Virus record (IMG/VR): IMGVR_UViG_3300008108_000029
DNA: 20,000 nucleotides
Reading direction: 5' to 3' (one strand)
From: an uncultured virus (IMG/VR IMGVR_UViG_3300008108_000029)
Taxonomy: Duplodnaviria > Heunggongvirae > Uroviricota > Caudoviricetes
Shown here: positions 15,611 to 20,000 of the stretch, one piece after another
How the letters are laid out: each line of letters opens with the position of its first letter
Position numbering within the stretch: the stretch's first letter is position 1
Notes under the pieces: model-generated
Databases searched by the model: none
What the model was told of the DNA's origin: nothing
The model's input: the letters and a program-made list of their open reading frames with translations, nothing else
Position numbers and translations under genes: made by a program

Positions 15611-16669
15611 ATGGAAGAATTAGATTTAACAAATTCAAACCTATTAGGTGATGAATTTTCAAACGCAAGAGGTGGCTTCTTTAAAAGATTAGGAGCAGGA
15701 ATAAAAAAAGCAGGTTCAGACATCAGAAAAGGTGTAAAGAAAGCAGGTTCAGACATCAAGAAAGGTGTTAAAAAAGCAGGAGAAGGAATTAAAAAAGTTA
15801 CAAAAAAATTAGGAGATAAAATCGGTAAAATTGGTAAAGATTTTAGAAATAATTTCCGTAAAATTTTAAGAAAAGGTGTTCTTCGTAAATTGAAAGGAAA
15901 TGCTCACGGTTACTCCACAAAATTATATCCTGCTATCGCAACTGAACAAGAACTAAAGAGTGGAAAAAAATACAAAGCATCTGCAATAGCAAAAGCAAAA
16001 TCAAACTACTCTAAATTAGTTTCTAAATGGAAAGATTTGGGTGGAGATGAGGCGGAATTAAGAAGTGCTATTAAAGAAGGTGGTAATAAAAGATTTTTAA
16101 AACTTCCTTTCAAATCAGCAAGTGGTAACAATGCTTATGAATTTTATTCATACTTTGCACCTGATGTAAATATTTATTATAATTCTGATGGCGAAAGTTT
16201 TACATACTTTGAAGGAACTTATAGCAATTCAGATGGCGAAACTACGCAAGAAATGCCTGAACAAAAAGAACAAACTAAAGGTATTATGGCAGTTTTTGCT
16301 TGGATTAAAGGTTTATTTTCAAAAGATAAAGGTGGAGATGAAAACCCATACGAAGCAGGAACTCCTGAATCAAAAGAGTTTGACCAAGACAAAAAAGAAG
16401 ATGCAGGTAATGAGCCTAAAGAAAGTGAAGCAGATAATGAAGTTATCAAAGAATTAGAAAAGAATAAAGATTCTGATGACACAGGTGGGGCAACTGATAA
16501 ATCAGCAGGTCAAGACACAAAAGAAGAAGAAGGCGAAAAAACTGATACAGATAAAACAGGAGATAAATTTCTTGGTATGCCAAAAGCAGTAGGAATTACT
16601 GTTGTTGCAGTAGGAGGTTTAGCACTTCTTATAGGAGGATACTTCCTAATCAAAAAAATGAGAAAATAA
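15611..16669 (+). CDS. Putative virion membrane protein with an acidic leader, 11-mer amphipathic Lys/Gly repeats and a KFLGM-TM anchor
   Basis: FSNARGG, then FFKRLGAGI and KKAGSDIRKGV/KKAGSDIKKGV/KKAGEGIKKVT/KKLGDKIGKIG. The last 35 aa are nearly identical to those of the previous gene. Confidence 0.8.
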   Translation: MEELDLTNSNLLGDEFSNARGGFFKRLGAGIKKAGSDIRKGVKKAGSDIKKGVKKAGEGIKKVTKKLGDKIGKIGKDFRNNFRKILRKGVLRKLKGNAHGYSTKLYPAIATEQELKSGKKYKASAIAKAKSNYSKLVSKWKDLGGDEAELRSAIKEGGNKRFLKLPFKSASGNNAYEFYSYFAPDVNIYYNSDGESFTYFEGTYSNSDGETTQEMPEQKEQTKGIMAVFAWIKGLFSKDKGGDENPYEAGTPESKEFDQDKKEDAGNEPKESEADNEVIKELEKNKDSDDTGGATDKSAGQDTKEEEGEKTDTDKTGDKFLGMPKAVGITVVAVGGLALLIGGYFLIKKMRK

Positions 16670-16683
16670 ATTAATTATAAATT

Positions 16684-16715
16684 AAGGTCGTTAATTTATA
16701 GCGACCTTTTTTTTT
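16684..16715 (+). terminator. Rho-independent terminator closing the structural block
   Basis: Stem aaggtcgtta / tagcgacctt followed by a T run. Confidence 0.88.
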
Positions 16716-16719
16716 AAAT

Positions 16720-16965
16720 ATGATAAACTTGTTTTATAATTTTTGTGAAAGATTTATAGCAGGAATTTATAGCATCAAACTTGAAAGTGGACTTTATTTT
16801 AATTTACCTAAAATAGCACCAATTTTCTTGTTTGCTTTAATATTTTATGCTATTGGTAATACCTTAAATATTAAAACATTAAATGAGATTTCGGTATTTT
16901 TGATGGTTGTGGTTTTTTTCGGTTTTTTTTATTATAAAATTTTCCCAAATAGATTAAATAAATGA
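16720..16965 (+). CDS. Small two-TM membrane protein
   Basis: Hydrophobic IAPIFLFALIFYAIG and ISVFLMVVVFFGFFYY segments; ATGA overlap with the next gene. Confidence 0.55.
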   Translation: MINLFYNFCERFIAGIYSIKLESGLYFNLPKIAPIFLFALIFYAIGNTLNIKTLNEISVFLMVVVFFGFFYYKIFPNRLNK

Positions 16966-18272
16966 AAGATTGGACAGTAGAATTGGCTGATGAAAATACA
17001 GGCGATTTAGTTAAAGTATATGTAACTGCTGATAGCAAAGAAGATGCTATTGATGGTGCTTGGTTTGAATTGTCAGAAGAAGGTGAAGATGTAAATAACT
17101 ATACTTTGATTGACGCTTATAGTAATTTACATTTATACGCTATCTCAAAAGATGGGAAAATTTATAGTGGTAATAATTACGAAGATATAATTTTAAACAA
17201 GCCAATTAATTTTTTCAGCAAAGACGACAGCATAAAAGGTTACATAGATAAAAAAGGTAAATTTTATGATGAAGATGGGAACTCTTTTGAAAGTGGTGGT
17301 TCAGTACATGAATACACAGATGATATTTGGTCTTTTGAAGCAAAAGTTTCTGATGTAAATTTTTATTACGAAGAATCTTGGGTAAAAAATATGTTACCTG
17401 AAAATTCTCAAATTGAATTTGTAAAAGGAGAAAATTTTAAAGTTAAGTATCGTAATGTAATAGACATTAATCCTGAAGGTATAGATGGAGGAACACCTTA
17501 TATTGAGGAAGTATCGGGAACTGTTGTAGTAGAATATTCTTTACGAGAAGATGAAGATTTAGAGATAATTGAATTAGATTTCAAAACTGATGCTGATTGG
17601 AATTTAAAAGTTTTGAGAAACAAAGGTTGTATTGCAACAACAATAGATTCATTAGAAATAAATTTCAAAAATAAAGAAGTTGAAGTTGATTTCGCAGGTG
17701 ATTCAAAAGGCGAATGGGATAGTTATGAAGAAGGTGGAGAGTTGTTTAATTACTTATCAACACCTATAACATATCAAGTTTTTAATGAAAACGAAATTGT
17801 TTTAAGAACACAAAGTTTCAATAAAGCCGTTGATTACAGAACTTTAAATGGGAAGCATTTAAAGATTGTTGCCATTGATAAAAATGGAAATTCAAAAGTT
17901 ATTGCATCAAAGGAATACGCAGATGGTGGGATTACAGGACTTGCAAGTAAAGGTTATTATGTAAAGTATGATAAGTTTCAAAAAATGTGGGTAGTATTTA
18001 AGTCAAACGGAACTCCTGTTAATGAATATATAAATAAGCACAATGCTATTGATGTTGCTGATAACTTAAATGAAAAAAACAAAATGGTTGGAAGTAATTA
18101 TGTAAATAAATACGCCAAAGGTGGTGGAGTTGAAATTCAATCTGAAATTACAAAAGAAGAACTTGAATCAAAACTTGGAAGAAAACTGAATGGTTGGAAT
18201 GACGATAGAGTTGAATATAATGGAGTTACATACGTTAAGTGTTTTCTAAAACCACATTATAAAATAGCGTAA
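16962..18272 (+). CDS. Modular hypothetical protein of five segments separated by [FY][AE]xGG motifs
   Basis: FESGG (aa 109), YEEGG (255), YADGG (319), YAKGG (384). Confidence 0.8.
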   Translation: MKDWTVELADENTGDLVKVYVTADSKEDAIDGAWFELSEEGEDVNNYTLIDAYSNLHLYAISKDGKIYSGNNYEDIILNKPINFFSKDDSIKGYIDKKGKFYDEDGNSFESGGSVHEYTDDIWSFEAKVSDVNFYYEESWVKNMLPENSQIEFVKGENFKVKYRNVIDINPEGIDGGTPYIEEVSGTVVVEYSLREDEDLEIIELDFKTDADWNLKVLRNKGCIATTIDSLEINFKNKEVEVDFAGDSKGEWDSYEEGGELFNYLSTPITYQVFNENEIVLRTQSFNKAVDYRTLNGKHLKIVAIDKNGNSKVIASKEYADGGITGLASKGYYVKYDKFQKMWVVFKSNGTPVNEYINKHNAIDVADNLNEKNKMVGSNYVNKYAKGGGVEIQSEITKEELESKLGRKLNGWNDDRVEYNGVTYVKCFLKPHYKIA

Positions 18273-19222
18273 TGAGAGTATTAACAAAAAAATATTTAGA
18301 TAATCTTCCTCAATCTTTGGTTGGGACTATTTTTGTTAATGGCAATAGAACTTGGCAAATAATTTCTTATGGAAATAATTTTAGAAGCAGTAGCGAGTAT
18401 AAAGTTTTCCACATAAAAGAAGTAGGTGGTCAAGATGAAGAATTATTTATGACACCTAACAACTTCGCTTATTCATTTTCTAATTCTTCAATAGCAGATA
18501 AAATTTCTAAATTCAAGTTTTACAAAAGTGAATACGCAGAGGGAGGATTAGTATTATCAAAGTTTTTTTCAAATACTTCAAGATTTGTAGATTATTCAGG
18601 TAAGTTTTTATATCCACCAAGAATTAAAAATAAAGTTCATCCTGATTCAATAGAAATGTTTGATGACGGGGAATATGTAGCACAGCCAAAACTAAACGGA
18701 AGTAATACATCTGTTTTTATATCAAAAAAAGAATTTGTCGCTAAAGAACGACATAATAAGTTTTTTGCAAACCCACCTAAATTTGATTTTCAATCTCTTT
18801 ATCGTGGAAACGGAAATATGTGTATTACAGGAGAATTTATGAACAAGAGTAAGAAAGACCATAACAACAAATCATTAGTTGGTTTTTGTATATGGGACAT
18901 ACTTGCTTATGACGGAAAATTACTGATAGGAAGCAACATAGAGGAGAGAATTGCTCTTTTAGAAAAACTCTATCCTGCTCAAGAAGAAATCAAATTTCAA
19001 GGATTAACATATATGTTGAAAACTGATGTTGAAAACATATACCGAGTTAATAATTTTTATGGTAAATTTGATAAGTTATATAAGACGTTATCAAAGATAG
19101 ATATGGTTGAAGGTTTAGTATTAAAACAAAAAAACGCTAAACTTCAAATGATGATAGGAGAAGAAAATAACAGTAGTTGGTCAGTAAAAGTTAGAAAACC
19201 AACTCTAAATTATAGTTTTTAA
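18272..19222 (+). CDS. ATP-dependent polynucleotide ligase-family nucleotidyltransferase domain with an N-terminal extension ending in YAEGG and no OB domain
   Basis: Motif I AQPKLNG, III ITGEF, IIIa FCIWDIL, IV EGLVLK, V SVKVRK. The stop follows 7 aa after motif V. Confidence 0.8.
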   Translation: MRVLTKKYLDNLPQSLVGTIFVNGNRTWQIISYGNNFRSSSEYKVFHIKEVGGQDEELFMTPNNFAYSFSNSSIADKISKFKFYKSEYAEGGLVLSKFFSNTSRFVDYSGKFLYPPRIKNKVHPDSIEMFDDGEYVAQPKLNGSNTSVFISKKEFVAKERHNKFFANPPKFDFQSLYRGNGNMCITGEFMNKSKKDHNNKSLVGFCIWDILAYDGKLLIGSNIEERIALLEKLYPAQEEIKFQGLTYMLKTDVENIYRVNNFYGKFDKLYKTLSKIDMVEGLVLKQKNAKLQMMIGEENNSSWSVKVRKPTLNYSF

Positions 19223-19236
19223 AAAAATAAAAAGCA

Positions 19237-20000
19237 ATGGCAATGGCAAAAAAAGAAACACCAAAGAAAGTTGATATTTTCGGTGCAGCGAAAAGAGTAG
19301 AAAAACCAACATCTAAAGCAACTGATAAAACTGTTGTTGAGGTAGATAAGATGGAGAAAAAACTTAATGAGTATAAGTTTTTAAATCAACAAATTAAAGC
19401 GTTAGAGGCAAAAGTAGAAGCAGTAAGAAATAATATCATTGAAGTTAGTAAAGAAAAATTTATTGAACTTTATAGGGATAATGGAAGAAATCCAAAAACA
19501 TTTATCTTGAAAGATGGTGATGGCTGCGTTATGGTAATTCCTTATGATGCCTATGCTAAAATTAAAACACAAGAAAGGGCTGATGAAATTATTGAAAAAT
19601 ATGGAGAGGAAGCCGTAAACATAAATGAAAAATACGTTTTTAATAATGACGTATTGGAGAGAAATATGGATGCTATCAGGAAATTAATTGGTGAAGCAAA
19701 AAACATTTCAACAGAAGATAAAGAGAACTTAATTCGTGTTGAAACTTCATACGAAATCAAAAAAGGTTTCATTGATAATCTATATAGAGATTATGAAGAT
19801 AATATGGAGGAAGTATTAGACGATGTTAAGCCGACTATTGCTTTAAAAGATTGTGGCGACAGATACGAAGAAGGTGGAGTTGCTGAAGATGCTGATTTGA
19901 TTGGTTATGTTTATGAAGATGCGAGTTACGAATCAGGCGGTGGGGTTGATAGATATGCTCCCGAATACCAAGAAATGTTACGAGGGGATAAAAGAGGAAC
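19237..20000 (+). CDS. Hypothetical protein, 3'-truncated by the window edge (absent from the ORF track)
   Basis: Hand translation MAMAKKETPKKVDIFGAAK... is open to the window end, with an N-terminal coiled coil, RYEEGG (aa 210) and SYESGG (aa 231). Confidence 0.8.
   Translation, partial: MAMAKKETPKKVDIFGAAKRVEKPTSKATDKTVVEVDKMEKKLNEYKFLNQQIKALEAKVEAVRNNIIEVSKEKFIELYRDNGRNPKTFILKDGDGCVMVIPYDAYAKIKTQERADEIIEKYGEEAVNINEKYVFNNDVLERNMDAIRKLIGEAKNISTEDKENLIRVETSYEIKKGFIDNLYRDYEDNMEEVLDDVKPTIALKDCGDRYEEGGVAEDADLIGYVYEDASYESGGGVDRYAPEYQEMLRGDKRG

Noticed and set aside
8405..16482. Antisense or off-frame ORFs 8405-8614, 10881-11159, 11187-11522, 11554-11838, 14557-14802, 15307-15759, 16188-16457 and 16219-16482
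   Set aside because: All lie over longer plus-strand genes that have coherent motifs, and none has independent protein features.
15479..16669. Duplicated 108-nt gene ends as a DGR TR/VR pair or attachment sites
   Set aside because: Differences are almost all synonymous and go in both directions, which indicates protein-level selection. No RT or integrase is nearby.
16720..16965. Holin call for the two-TM protein
   Set aside because: No endolysin is recognisable nearby, and hydrophobicity alone is insufficient.
19551..19772. Minus-strand 73-aa ORF
   Set aside because: Antisense to the plus-strand ORF starting at 19237, which the track missed because it has no stop inside the window.
1..20000. 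Alternative genetic code, or tRNA/rRNA genes
   Set aside because: Genes tile densely under the standard code with TAA, TGA and TAG all used as stops, and no cloverleaf or rRNA-like segment was seen.

Overview
AT-rich, gene-dense, standard-code DNA with A-rich leaders lacking Shine-Dalgarno sites. It reads as part of a large virus genome, probably with a bacterial (possibly Bacteroidota) host; this is inference. There are three blocks. (1) 1-6478 is an accessory and surface-modification block: two sulfotransferase-like genes, APS kinase, a DUF2061-like gene, three GT2-type glycosyltransferases, an HD-domain protein and a stand-alone ART-PolyVal-like protein. (2) 6725-16715 is a co-oriented, apparently virion-structural block with no recognisable head-tail genes. 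It holds an unannotated 30-aa membrane peptide, a candidate beta-rich capsid protein flanked by a predicted RNA pseudoknot and a terminator, and 11 membrane-anchored proteins. These proteins share short motifs: acidic 'ANGYxDxNLxNLDLSxxG' and 'SN(A/F)xG' segments, usually followed by basic or amphipathic stretches, and 'K(I/F)LGM-TM-KK' C-terminal anchors. (3) 16962-20000 holds three consecutive genes punctuated by seven [FY]-[AE]-x-G-G motifs, one of which sits at the edge of a nucleotidyltransferase (ligase) domain. The most interesting signal is this two-motif system, which looks like a proteolytic processing or packaging-address code in a tailless, membrane-containing virus. No protease or packaging ATPase is visible in the window, so this remains a hypothesis.
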